A stretch of 64,000 nt of DNA, from positions 159,866-223,865 of the IMG/VR virus record IMGVR_UViG_3300028862_000012. One strand, written 5' to 3'. Made by a program: the position numbers and the translations under genes. Positions 39,208 to 50,700 of this stretch are shown in pieces. The notes under the pieces are model-generated. The model was not told where the DNA came from. It made no database searches and saw only the letters and a program-made list of their open reading frames with translations. Position 1 is the stretch's first letter; every line of letters starts with the position of its first letter.

Positions 39208-40675
39208 AGTGCCTCACAATAAAATCATGTTCTAAATATTTATTTCCAATAGTATATCCTTCTGTATTGAGTAAATCAAAGCAAGGTAATATTTTAAAAT
39301 ATTCCATTAAAATACAAGTGTTTTCGTTATTTATTTTATAATATGTTTGATTACTATTTACAGAAATACTTCCATCTGCAAGGCGCAATAATACTTCACT
39401 ATTGAAACAACTACTATGTAATCGCACCTGCACTAAATAGCCAATGCGATTAGTAACTCTGTTGTCTCCATCAATTAATCCTGTAACTACAAATTGACAC
39501 TGTTGTAGAGTATCGAGCGACCATATAGGAATCATAGCATTATAGCTGTTAATTGAATAAGTAGCTATGTTTTCAAATAATTGTTTTACTATTTTAGTCA
39601 TTTAACTTATTCCTTATCTACTCTTAAAGGTAGACTAATAAACTCTGTACTTGTACAATTAAAAGTACAACCATAATGACACTTATAACTAAGATCATAG
39701 GCAACACAGTGATCTATATATCCTGAAGACATATCTAACTTAGAAAACAAATTCATTTTTTCATTATGATGTACAGGACAAAATAAATCTGATTTTTCTA
39801 TTACAGCATCAATATATTCTTTTGCATTAAAAAATTTTTCTTTCATGCTTACTCCAATACTTTTTTAATAACATTCATTGCATGAGTAATGCCATCTTGC
39901 CATGCGTAAAATTGTTCTTCACTCATATTTTTTGGCTTCTTTAAGTTTTCTCTATTAGCAGTAAGTTCTTTAATTAAATCTTCAACTATACTAGTTGATA
40001 TCATGTTAGTTATATTAGAACCAATAGTAGAAGCATATTTACTTTGCATTCCTTGCTGTCTAAGATTATGTTGCACTATACTGTTTGGATCAATATAGTG
40101 ACACATAAGGGTATCGATTAAGCAAATAAAATCATACGTCATTTATGCTTCCATATTTTTATATCTTCTAGTTTAGGTAGTACTACAGTAATAGTAAATC
40201 CAAATAATACTGTAAATAAAGATAGGTATCCTAGAAATAAATAAGCAATACATGTTACAATATCTATTAAAGTAAATTCTTTTTCTGTAATACAAATTAT
40301 TATATAAAGTATTGTTGCTATACCACCACATATAAACCAAGATATTAAAAATTGTGTATCCATAGTTATCTCCTAACTATTTAAAGTTTCATAATCATCA
40401 TTGCTAAAATTCTTAGAAGCCAATTTTAATTGTTTATAATTAAGCCACATGTTAAAATTATTTATGCGATCTTTGCGCTTCATAATTCTACGTGCTACAA
40501 TTCGCGCAACTAAGCTATTAAAACAATAAGCAGTAACAGGTTCATCGTCTTGTAAATAAATTACTACTGTATTATTCATAGTAGTAACACTTTCAATAGT
40601 ACTTACATTAAAACAAGTAATTGAATTATCTTTTGGTAGATATTTTACAAAGATATATTGATAGGGTGCTTTCAT
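39200..40675 (-). other. Five small hypothetical ORFs
   Basis: ORF track. Confidence 0.65.
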
Positions 40676-41850
40676 TTTAATAGTCTCCTTGTGGGTTTAG
40701 CTACTGGAGTACCAGCATCATTCTTTAGATTATTAACACTATCTATTTTAATAAAGTTTAGTATTTCATACATAAATCGAGCTTTAGTAATTCCTTCATC
40801 ATAATTATAAATTTTATCAAAATCAAGTAATAGACGTAGCAGTTTTTCTACTCTATTGATATTATCAAAAAAGTATTTATAGTTCTTTAGCTGATATTCA
40901 TCAAAATCATTTGTGTGACTACGAACAACATAATCAGAAAAAACTTTTATACCGTATTTAATAAAGCTACTTGCAGTAATATCAGTATTTAGATTAAAAG
41001 AAGTAAAGAAGCTTATATCATTGCCTATAATCTTTTTATACAAGTCCATAATAGCAAGATCATTGTCCCAATCAAATAAAGGTAGTGCCTCTTCAATTGT
41101 ATAGGCTTTAGCACTCATTACTGTATCGAAGTCTTGTACTACTTGTCCGACACTTCCATCTGCATGATTAGAAATTTCAATTAATACTTTACCAAAAGTT
41201 TCTATATCAATTTTTTCATCAGGATCAAACTGTTCAAGTAGTGTAAACAAGTAATCACTTAATACATCTTTGCCTACTTTCTTAAACTTCAGTTTTTGAA
41301 CGCGCCGATTAAGTGCTTTCTTCATAGTAGCATCATTACTGATATCACACATGCTGATAATTATGAAAAAAACGCTACTTAGATCGTTTTCCAGAAGATT
41401 AAGTAAAGCACCTTTTGTTTTACTATTACCAAGTGATTGACTTTCATCAATAATATATACAGACTTATCACTAAAAATAGATTGATTTTTAATTTCATCA
41501 GAAATATTTATAATATCCGATTTATCACTCTCACCTGATTTTACAAAAGTAGTATCAAGTTGAAATGAACGAGTAAGAATGTCTCTACAATTTTCGCATT
41601 CCAAACATGGGGTGATAACACCATTAATAATAGTAGTATGTTTACACTGCAATAGCATTGCTATAATATATCCAAGCGTGGTTTTTCCACTACCGCTTTC
41701 ACCATTTAGAAATATAACATTAGGGACTTTTTTTTCAATGAACCAATTATTAATAATATTTACATTGGCAGTTTGTCCAATTACATCTTGAAGTCTATTC
41801 GGTCGTAAAGATTGTGATAACATATATTTTCCTTTTTCATATAGTAGCAT
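40672..41850 (-). CDS. dnaX: Clamp-loader AAA+ ATPase (DNA polymerase III gamma/tau-like)
   Basis: LRPNRLQDVIGQ, Walker A GESGSGKTT, Zn site PCLECENC, Walker B IIDESQ. Confidence 0.85.
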   Translation of the reverse strand: MLLYEKGKYMLSQSLRPNRLQDVIGQTANVNIINNWFIEKKVPNVIFLNGESGSGKTTLGYIIAMLLQCKHTTIINGVITPCLECENCRDILTRSFQLDTTFVKSGESDKSDIINISDEIKNQSIFSDKSVYIIDESQSLGNSKTKGALLNLLENDLSSVFFIIISMCDISNDATMKKALNRRVQKLKFKKVGKDVLSDYLFTLLEQFDPDEKIDIETFGKVLIEISNHADGSVGQVVQDFDTVMSAKAYTIEEALPLFDWDNDLAIMDLYKKIIGNDISFFTSFNLNTDITASSFIKYGIKVFSDYVVRSHTNDFDEYQLKNYKYFFDNINRVEKLLRLLLDFDKIYNYDEGITKARFMYEILNFIKIDSVNNLKNDAGTPVAKPTRRLLK

Positions 41851-41873
41851 ATAGTAAAAGTTTAATCAATTAG

Positions 41874-42266
41874 TTATATCAACATATTAATAAACTTTTC
41901 AGTATCAAGTATTACTTCATTCAAATCTTTTTCTGCACTAGCAATTTCTGCTGTATCAAAAGTAACAAACTCTTCTTCACCTACAGGATCATGCTTAGTA
42001 TAATAACATTGTGTTCCGTTATGAATCATAACATCAGGAGTACTATTTTTATCGCGGAAATAAAGATAAATGAAATCAATAATAGTTCCTTTGAACTTTA
42101 ATGACTGCATCTTATCTTTTATGGCACTAAGCGCTTTTGCAATATCTGTATCATAACGGGCATCTTTAATAAACTTTTCTAAAGTCATATGCTTGCCATT
42201 GTATTGTACATACATGGTATCGTAATGACTAAAGAATTCAACACTAGAGGTTTCAGTTATCTTCAT
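41874..42266 (-). CDS. Hypothetical protein, probably leaderless
   Basis: TAACTATT-ATTAT-ATG. Confidence 0.65.
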   Translation of the reverse strand: MKITETSSVEFFSHYDTMYVQYNGKHMTLEKFIKDARYDTDIAKALSAIKDKMQSLKFKGTIIDFIYLYFRDKNSTPDVMIHNGTQCYYTKHDPVGEEEFVTFDTAEIASAEKDLNEVILDTEKFINMLI

Positions 42267-42889
42267 ATAATAATAGTTATATCGTTACTATTATTATATC
42301 TATCATTATAAATTTTTACTAATTTTTCATGACTTAAATTATAGGGTGCTAATATTCTATCCCACCATTCTAACTGCTCTTCTTTGGAAATTGCTTCGCC
42401 TGTTATTGGGTTTTTACCACTATCAAGTAATCCATGACTATATAGATTTAGTAAATATATATTATCTTTTTCATAATAGAACTTTACAAATCTTCCCCCT
42501 TTTGGTAATACGTGGGCGTGGGTAAGTTGATTATGAAACCCACCACTATTATCACATAGCTCTGCATATTCATCAGGATTAAGTGTTTGAATCAGTACAC
42601 AACTTTTATCTCGTATGTCTACTTCGCTACATACTTTTACCCATTCAGGATCAGTGTTAGTTCCTTTAGCAAATTCCTTTTGACTTATTTTATCATAACT
42701 TCTTTTTTTAGCATTAGCACTATATCGCGCTACAGAATCACTACGCTTTTCCAAGCTCTTTAAATACTTTTCATATTTAGTTTTTAGTTGCTTATCGTTA
42801 TATTTCTTTTCTTTATTGATATAACTGTTATCAGGAAATTGATTGTATTTATAAAAATATGCAATGAAAGATTCATAGGAGTGTGTCAA
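42263..42889 (-). CDS. Possible HNH-like (NinG-like) nuclease
   Basis: RDKSC...THAHVLPKG...NIYLLNLYSHGLLD pattern. Confidence 0.45.
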   Translation of the reverse strand: MTHSYESFIAYFYKYNQFPDNSYINKEKKYNDKQLKTKYEKYLKSLEKRSDSVARYSANAKKRSYDKISQKEFAKGTNTDPEWVKVCSEVDIRDKSCVLIQTLNPDEYAELCDNSGGFHNQLTHAHVLPKGGRFVKFYYEKDNIYLLNLYSHGLLDSGKNPITGEAISKEEQLEWWDRILAPYNLSHEKLVKIYNDRYNNSNDITIII

Positions 42890-42941
42890 AATATGCTTCC
42901 TTATTTTTTGCTATTCTTTTTATCAGTCTTATTACTTTTTC

Positions 42942-43340
42942 TTACCGCTCTTTTTTTTCACGATCTGGAGCTATTTTATCTAGCAGTCCTTCTATCCTAT
43001 TAAAGAGTTTAAAACCAAGCAATACATACAATAATATTCCTACACAAGTTTGAATGAATATATCACGATAGTTTAGTAGAGTGAACTTACTAAAATCATT
43101 AAGCTTAAAATAAACATTAGCTACACTGCAAAGTATACAGGTAACAAATGCTATGCTATTTTTAGCAGTATCAGATTTAGCAATATTTAACATCTTGCCA
43201 AACAAGTAGACCATTGCCATAGTTATTAAAAACATAAAGAAGTATTGCCATAATCCAAAAGAATTGAGGATGTCATTAAAGGACGTAAGGGTATCTTGAA
43301 TCTGTTTTACTGTATCCATACTATGATAGTTACAGTACAA
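42942..43340 (-). CDS. Multi-pass membrane protein (holin-like candidate)
   Basis: Three hydrophobic segments, charged C-terminus. Confidence 0.4.
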   Translation of the reverse strand: MYCNYHSMDTVKQIQDTLTSFNDILNSFGLWQYFFMFLITMAMVYLFGKMLNIAKSDTAKNSIAFVTCILCSVANVYFKLNDFSKFTLLNYRDIFIQTCVGILLYVLLGFKLFNRIEGLLDKIAPDREKKER

Positions 43341-43743
43341 AGAGTAAAGTAGGTTATTCTAATCCTGATTGTTCGCGCTCTTCATACATACCTATAGCAG
43401 TGCAATAATTTCCATACTGGATAATTTTATTTTTAATATCATGAGTATCCATATCCATGTTGTCTAAAAAATCTGATATCTCTGCAAATAAACTATTTGC
43501 TTTACTTTCAATACTTTGTTTACTCACAAATATTCCTCACTGTTTATTCTTTCCTCAAGTTTCCCTGCCCGATAATTGATAATTCCATACTCTGTAATCT
43601 TTCTACAGAGTGTATCAATATAAGAATCATGTAACTTGTCATCATCTTTTATTTTATAAAGATAATTAGTTATATCTTGCAAGGCATCTATTGAAAACTT
43701 ATCTAATTGTGACTTTGCTTCTTTATTGTTATTACTAAGCATA

Positions 43744-44293
43744 TTATCCCCTATTCATTTCTTTTAAAAGCTTTATATACCAAACATCTTCGATGGTTTT
43801 ATCAGTAATAAGTTCTTTTAGTTCTTCTTCTGATTTTATTTCTCCCCACCATGAACCACAACCATAGATAATTTCTTTTAGTTCAGGAACAAAGATAGCA
43901 GGATTATACATAGAACGATTTACCGTTATAGTATCCTCAATAATTGAAGAATTAAGACATAGTGGTATATCGCCTATCAGTATTCCAAAATAAGTTTTTT
44001 TTACCATATTTTTCATCGCAAGGACAAACTTTTACAGGTGTGCCACACTTACGAGTATCAATAGGTTCATCCTTACTATATTCTAGCTGTTTATAACTGT
44101 TTAAAGCCACTTGCCAATTAAGACGTTCAAAAAGCTTAAATAAATCTTTTACTAAGTTTGCTTGATTATTAGTAATATAATACTGTGTTTCTTTATCAGA
44201 AGATTTATCATAATCTATATTTACAATAGTATCAAATAAGTGTAAATTACTTCTAATAGTATCTAATTGATTTCGTAATTTTATTTCATCCAT
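43744..44293 (-). pseudogene. Phage protein split at an A8 run (43995-44002)
   Basis: Removing one base joins ...PCDEKYGKK to TYFGILIGD...PAIFVPELK (182 aa). Confidence 0.7.
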
Positions 44294-44294
44294 G

Positions 44295-44994
44295 TTAGTC
44301 TACCTTTTTATCTATATCTTGCTGACCAAACTTACGGTTCATTTTTCCGTATTCTGTAATCAAATTATATAATTTAGTATCTTTATAATTAAATCCATGT
44401 TCATCATAGTTCAGTAAATATGCTTTCATGACTTCATCAAAAAGATCTAAAGATCTCTGATTTAAGTCCTCTACTATTACTAATGGTTTACTTTCCATAT
44501 TTTTACTCCTCTATCCTTTTGTATAATTTTTTAAAATCAAAATTATTATAAACATTTATTTCACCAAGTACACTTACTACGATCCAGTCTCCACTTACAA
44601 CACATTTATTGCTATCACTAGTTAAATAACTATGTGCTATAGGTAGATGATTCCACTTTTCATAGTTTGCATATTGTAAGCATAACTCATTTGTAGAAGG
44701 ATCAATTGTTTCATGCTTACCACTATGCAATTCATACATACTAAAAGGTAAATAGCTTCCATTAGTCTGAGCTATATCGCCATTTATATCCTTTGCAAGC
44801 CATCCTTGAGGCAAATACAAACTTTTATCAAAATGATTTACATAATAATAATTATCTCGTACATCAAAGATTAGTTCTACTCGACTAGTTGTAACTAGAT
44901 CACTATCACCTGATTTAGTCCACTGAAAAGCTACTTCAGGTATTCGCTGATAATTAGGAATACTTTCAATTTTTTCCACTATACTTGTTTCCAT
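44295..44994 (-). other. Two hypothetical ORFs
   Basis: ORF track; GDWIV...GE motif in 44503..44994. Confidence 0.6.
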
Positions 44995-45070
44995 AAATTC
45001 CTTTTATTACATATAAGTTATAAAAATCCCTACTATTTATAACCTATGTATTAGTTATTTTTCAAACTAT

Positions 45071-45847
45071 CTATTTTCCACCATTAATTTTTTCATCCAA
45101 TTGCTGAACCTGAATAGTAAGTACTTCAATCTTATGAATCAGCTTATTTTTCTTTTCCTCAAGTTCTTCTATTTCCTCAAGCTCTTCCATTGGTTCTTTA
45201 ATAATCTGTTTTACCTGATCAATAGTTTTTCCTTGCTGAAGCAAAATAAGTGCCTTTTGTGCTTTATCCAGATCAGAAGTAAGTGCTACAAAAGTTTTAG
45301 CATCAGAACTAATATCATTAGGAATACCCCGAGTAGCAATCTTAACAGTCTTTTTTACTGTTGTTCGCTTAATTCCAATAGTACGATCTGTAATATCTTC
45401 ATATCGTACATTTTCTTCTTTGCAGATAGTCTGTACTTCAATCAGTGCTGTACCCATTTCAGAAGTAAGCTTACTAATTTGTACATCCAGTTCTTTTACC
45501 TTATCAATTTTAGCTTTCAAGTTGTCAGAGATAACTACAGTGTAAAATCCGAGTTTTTCGGCTTTAGTAATTAGATCATAAAAGGTAGACCAAAAGAAAC
45601 TGGTATGTCCTTCCTTACGATTATTTTCTGCATACACTACATGATGAGCTAGTTCATGCAGTGCTGTAAAAAAGAGCAGATTATTGTCATCATTGAAATT
45701 TCGGTTATTTAATAGTATTTCTTTTGTTGCAGGTAAATATTTACCATTTACATTTTTAGATTTCTTTCCAGTAAAAATACAAGTATATTCATTTACGCAA
45801 TGATATACCTTATCCAGATTTTCTTTAACATCATTTTGATTCCACAT
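45071..45847 (-). CDS. SprT-like zinc metalloprotease with C-terminal coiled coil
   Basis: NGKY, TALHELAHH (HExxH), GHTSFFW. Confidence 0.75.
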   Translation of the reverse strand: MWNQNDVKENLDKVYHCVNEYTCIFTGKKSKNVNGKYLPATKEILLNNRNFNDDNNLLFFTALHELAHHVVYAENNRKEGHTSFFWSTFYDLITKAEKLGFYTVVISDNLKAKIDKVKELDVQISKLTSEMGTALIEVQTICKEENVRYEDITDRTIGIKRTTVKKTVKIATRGIPNDISSDAKTFVALTSDLDKAQKALILLQQGKTIDQVKQIIKEPMEELEEIEELEEKKNKLIHKIEVLTIQVQQLDEKINGGK

Positions 45848-45859
45848 ATAACATCCTTT

Positions 45860-45946
45860 ATCTACATAAGTAGAAATTTTAATTTTCTAAATACTCGCAA
45901 GAAATCAATTCATCTACAAAAGTAGAAATTTAAAACCTTCTAAAAT
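45860..45946 (-). CRISPR. Two-repeat Cas12a-type (V-A) mini-array / crRNA mimic
   Basis: Repeats ATTTTAGAAGGTTTTAAATTTCTACTTTTGTAGAT (45946-45912) and GTATTTAGAAAATTAAAATTTCTACTTATGTAGAT (45894-45860), 35 nt each, separated by a 17-nt spacer; no cas12a in window. Confidence 0.8.
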
Positions 45947-45969
45947 ATTTCTTTATAAGAAATTTACTA

Positions 45970-45998
45970 ACAGTATAACAAAATAAATTATAAGTCAA
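45970..45998 (-). promoter_or_regulatory. Promoter of the mini-array / SprT unit
   Basis: TTGACT-17-TACTGT (overlapping extended TG-n-TATACT). Confidence 0.65.
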
Positions 45999-46005
45999 TA
46001 ACTAA

Positions 46006-46035
46006 ATGCGGAGAATATAAAGCTAATCTCCGCAT
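46006..46035 (-). terminator. Intrinsic terminator insulating the mini-array unit
   Basis: ATGCGGAGA / TCTCCGCAT stem, U-rich tail on the - strand, right after the 46037 stop. Confidence 0.7.
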
Positions 46036-46036
46036 A

Positions 46037-46258
46037 TTATATTTCGCGCAACACATTAGCTAAAACTTTTTTAAACTTTTCATAACCATCCTCATAACTA
46101 TAGGTATCGTAATCAATAGCAATACCTATTCCATAAAGCATGTCTTTAATAAAAGTATCATCAGAGCAGTCATAATAATTTTTCTGATTACTATAGGTAT
46201 CCACATATAGTTTCATAAGCTTTACTATGTCAATCATACGCTGTTGTTTTTCTTCCAT
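46037..46258 (-). CDS. Hypothetical protein
   Basis: ORF track. Confidence 0.65.
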   Translation of the reverse strand: MEEKQQRMIDIVKLMKLYVDTYSNQKNYYDCSDDTFIKDMLYGIGIAIDYDTYSYEDGYEKFKKVLANVLREI

Positions 46259-46430
46259 GCTATGCCTCTAGCTCTTCAATTAAAACTTTTATAAATTCTT
46301 CCTGATTCTTATAATCGTTGAAATCAACTATGTTTCCATAAATATAACTTTCACACTTTTTCAAAGTTACTGCTTCTAGTCCATAGCGTAAACCAGCTAC
46401 AATGGTTTCTATATTTGATTGCACTATCAT

Positions 46431-47705
46431 TTACATAAACTCCTTTTCCATACGATGTTCTAAGCTATCAAAAGTAGATGATTTTAATATATTAATTGCT
46501 TTTTCTTTACTTGTATACAGGTTATTTAATTGATTCATGTACAGTGTATTTAATATATTTTTAAACTCTGGACAAGGTTTATAACCAAGTTCTATTAAAG
46601 TATCACCGGTAATAAAAGGAGCAGGAAGGTTAGTATAATTACTGGCAATTTGCTTATTGAAATTATACAAGCTTATATCATAAATAAACTTTTCATTATC
46701 AGAAATCATTACATCACAGACAATAAGCATATCATCAAAAAAATTAGATGCTTTTAAAGTTCGGGTTGTGGCTAAATCAATATGACTATATAATTTTTTA
46801 TAATTACTAATTATATTACAAATGTATTCTATGTCATCATTACTAAATCGTAAAGTACTTAACTCTTCTTTTACTATATCTGTATCCATATTGATAAACA
46901 TCAAACTCAAATATACTTTGTAATTTACTTTATATTTATCAGCACGGAGCAGTCTATCGATCAACAGATTAAGTGTATAGGCATCAGTTACTTCATGCTT
47001 ATACAAGGCAGGGTATATAACATTACATAAATCTTTATAGCCAGTCAATACTTTCATAAAATCACCTACCTTTGACATCAATATTTTTTCAGTAAGTTCT
47101 TTACTGATTCTATCTTTGGCAACATGATTATTAAATTCTGACGAAAAGCTATTTATAAAATCAGGTGAGTAATTAGAGATATATCCATGTACTTGGAAGC
47201 GAATAAAACGCAATAGTCTAAGATAATCTTCTTTAATACGCTCTTCTGGATTTCCTACAAATCGCAATACTTTATTTTCTATATCGCGAACTCCATTAAC
47301 ATAGTCATAGTACTGATTAGTTATAGGATTATAAAACAAGGCATTAATAGTAAAGTCTCGACGCTGTGCATCTTCTTCTATTGAAGCTAATTCCATATGA
47401 TCAAAATGGCGACCGTCACAACCGATTTCTTTTCTAAAACAAGCCAGCTCGAAAGTAAAGTTATTCTTTGATACTAATAGTACTTCAAATGATTTACCTA
47501 CAGATTTACCTACAGATTTCACTATATAGCCGTAATGAGCAAGGATTGGAATACTAATATTAGTTAAGCAATCTGTTGCTATATCTATGTCATTACATGG
47601 TTTATTAGCCAAGGTATCCCGAACATAGCCGCCTGCAAAAACAGCTATATGATTTTCTGATTGGAGGCATTTACATATATCAATAGCTGTTTCTAATTCT
47701 GTCAT
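46431..47705 (-). CDS. cca: CCA-adding tRNA nucleotidyltransferase (class II)
   Basis: AGGYVRD, DIDIAT, RRDFTINAL, EDYLRLLRFIRF; poly(A) polymerase not excluded. Confidence 0.85.
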   Translation of the reverse strand: MTELETAIDICKCLQSENHIAVFAGGYVRDTLANKPCNDIDIATDCLTNISIPILAHYGYIVKSVGKSVGKSFEVLLVSKNNFTFELACFRKEIGCDGRHFDHMELASIEEDAQRRDFTINALFYNPITNQYYDYVNGVRDIENKVLRFVGNPEERIKEDYLRLLRFIRFQVHGYISNYSPDFINSFSSEFNNHVAKDRISKELTEKILMSKVGDFMKVLTGYKDLCNVIYPALYKHEVTDAYTLNLLIDRLLRADKYKVNYKVYLSLMFINMDTDIVKEELSTLRFSNDDIEYICNIISNYKKLYSHIDLATTRTLKASNFFDDMLIVCDVMISDNEKFIYDISLYNFNKQIASNYTNLPAPFITGDTLIELGYKPCPEFKNILNTLYMNQLNNLYTSKEKAINILKSSTFDSLEHRMEKEFM

Positions 47706-47711
47706 AATAGT

Positions 47712-47740
47712 ATTTTACACCTATAATAATTATATGTCAA
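47712..47740 (-). promoter_or_regulatory. sigma70-type promoter, probably leaderless for cca
   Basis: TTGACA-17-TAAAAT; ATG 6 nt later. Confidence 0.75.
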
Positions 47741-47772
47741 TTACTAAACTTAATAATATTTATCCGGCTTTT

Positions 47773-50700
47773 TTAAGTCCTTGTAATTATAATTTCATTA
47801 TCTAAATGTTTATTTATAAACGCTTGCATAACCATTATAGCCTCATCATTATGTATATACACTTCTGATTGAAGTAAAGTAAGAAGTTCTTTTGCAGTTC
47901 TATTAGGCTGGTTTATCATAGTAATAAAATCAGATGTAGCTATAGTGCTATATGCAATAGGCTTCTTATACTTAGATGAGAACCAACTTACATCTTTGGA
48001 ATACCATTTAGATTTCATAAAATTTCTTTATCTTCTGTTGCATCTTTTTGACCATTCATATAATTCAAACTAGCAAACTTAGCCAGTAGCTCAATAAAAT
48101 CTTTTTCATATACCCTATCAGTATCACAAGCTCGATATATTTCTAGTATTTCACCATATACTTTTGCAAACTCATCCATAGTTTATTCCTTTATAGTCTC
48201 ACAATCATTTTTAACAATAAGACCCAAAGCTATTGCAGGATAATTTAATACTAAATAATCTGTTAAAGAATATTTTGCTAACCAACTATGTTTAATTATA
48301 TCTTGTTTATCTAGTTCTTTTACTAAAAGTATTGTACCGATCTTATCATGATACCAATAATTAGGATATTTACAACTAATAATTTTTGCTTTCATTATTT
48401 CCATACCTTGCAAAGATAATAAATAAAATTCCATTTAAATAAAGTTCTTTTACTATACTGTTCTTTAATTCTTTGTTTTACAAACACAAGCGGACAATGA
48501 GTATAAAGCCATTCATCCTCATGTCTGCTAAAATTAGCAATAGTAAACTCGCTACTGTTATCATCAGGAGGTGGATCATTTATATCCAAATACAATGAGT
48601 TTAACAAACTTTTGTTGTTATCCTTTAGCCAATTATACAGCTCATGAAATTGAGCCATACTTCCAAATAGTTTATCAATACTTGCCATGCTATACTTCCT
48701 TTATATTTACAATTCTATAATCAGTATCAAAGGTAAAAGTTCCATAATAAGTATTATGCATTACATCAGCTTCTTTTGCAAGTTCATTAAAGCGCGAACT
48801 AAACATTAAATAAGTATTGGACTCATCTGATAGTTTAGCAAAGCTATAATGATTATAATTATCAATACTTACAAACTTCAATGTAGCTGTAAAAGTATAA
48901 TTAGGTTTCCAAATAGGTTCATGACCATTTATTTTTTCTGGATATTCCATAATTTGTTTTTTATAATTAAAAGGAATAAGTTTTTGTTTCCATTCTCTTT
49001 CATATTTTCGAGGAACTAAAGCAAAAAATAAAGGAATACAACATATCGGATTCAGTGTTATCATTGCAAACCAAATAACACACCAATAAGGTATATCACC
49101 AAATATAGTGTCTTTAGCAATTTTATTAAAATTACCAGATAGAATACCACATAGTATATAATTCATTATGCCATATATAATACTAGATACAATAAATATA
49201 AGTAAGTAAAGTGCTACGCTTTTATACCAAGGACGTACATATGTTTCTATAAACTCTGAGTCATACTTTGTTTTCATCTATTCCTCGATTACAGCCATTA
49301 GAGGATAGTCACTATCAGGGCATTGAAATATACATACATCTTTACAATCATCAATATTTATTTTTTCAAACTCATATAAGCTAAGTTCAGGATTTTGAAA
49401 CTCGTCTATAGTTGAAGCAAAATAGCATTGCTGACCAATGTATGTAATTGATTCTACAATATCCTCAATAGAAAATACCTTCAACTTTCTGGTAACAGTT
49501 ATTGATTTCATAGCTACTCCTTGTATAAAATATTATTTGTCCAGAATAAGTGTAGGGAATATTGTTATTTCTGTACTACAATCATTACATTCTACTTCAA
49601 TTGGTTGTGTATCAACATTTCCATGTACAAGTAAGTATTCTATCTGTTCTTTTGTTACACAAATCTGATAGAAAGTCAGTTCTAGATTTTCTTCATCTTC
49701 CATTTCTTGTTCACTATCAACGCCATAGTCTTCATAAATCATAGCTATCTCCTTAATAATTAAACGTTATGATTATCATATTCTTCTTTAGTAATTAAAA
49801 CAGGTACATCATAGCTCATAATTAGAGGACTGTTAGAAGGATTATCCCCATTACCAAATTTATGTTGAACCATTATTTGAATACTTCTAGCCTTACACAT
49901 ATATTCTTTAGGATTATCAACAGCTATTACTGTGCCTACTCCATGAGGAGTTAAAACATAGTCACCTCTATCAAATATTTTTATTAAAATACTTTCAGTA
50001 TGCATAGCTATCTCCCTATTGATTTATTTACATAGTCCAAAGCTACTTTTTGTGCTTCTTCATAGGTATCCCATTTTTCACATCCATCTACTTTTATCTG
50101 AATGCTTCCTACTTCAACATAGTAATGACTTCCACCGGGAAACTGTACTATATTTATTTTATAGTTTTCAGGAAAAACTAAAGTATCACTTATATGAACA
50201 TCTAATGTTGTATAAAATTCATTTTCTTTATCATAACTCCATGAAGTTAAATTAGATTGAAATAATATTGTATTACCTTTTTCTAATAACTCCATTTGCT
50301 TTTTTGATACTGATACTAATGTTTGAGATATTGCTTCCGAAAAACTAATTCCTTTAATGTCTGCTATTTGATTAAAAGCTATAGCTAATGTATTTGAAAA
50401 ATGTTTCTCTTTCTTAGACTCAACTTTTAAAAAATTTTCAAAGGCTTTTGATATTAAGTTTGTACTTACTTCGTTCATGGAAAGCTGTTGAAGCATCCAT
50501 TTAGAATCAATACATAAATACCAATTAATTAATTGAGGACATTTATTTAATGACATCTTCTTAAAAGTATACATATACTATTCCTCTATAATATAGATAT
50601 AAGTAATACTACTAATTTTAATAATGATAACTCTTTTAGTTGCATCTGACTCAAACGTTATAACATCAGAGCCAACACCCGTTATGTATCCTTTATTACC

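Noticed and set aside
42942-42960. Another +1 homopolymer frameshift (T8 at 42951-42958)
   Set aside because: Either length gives a plausible C-terminus differing by a few residues; cannot be decided.
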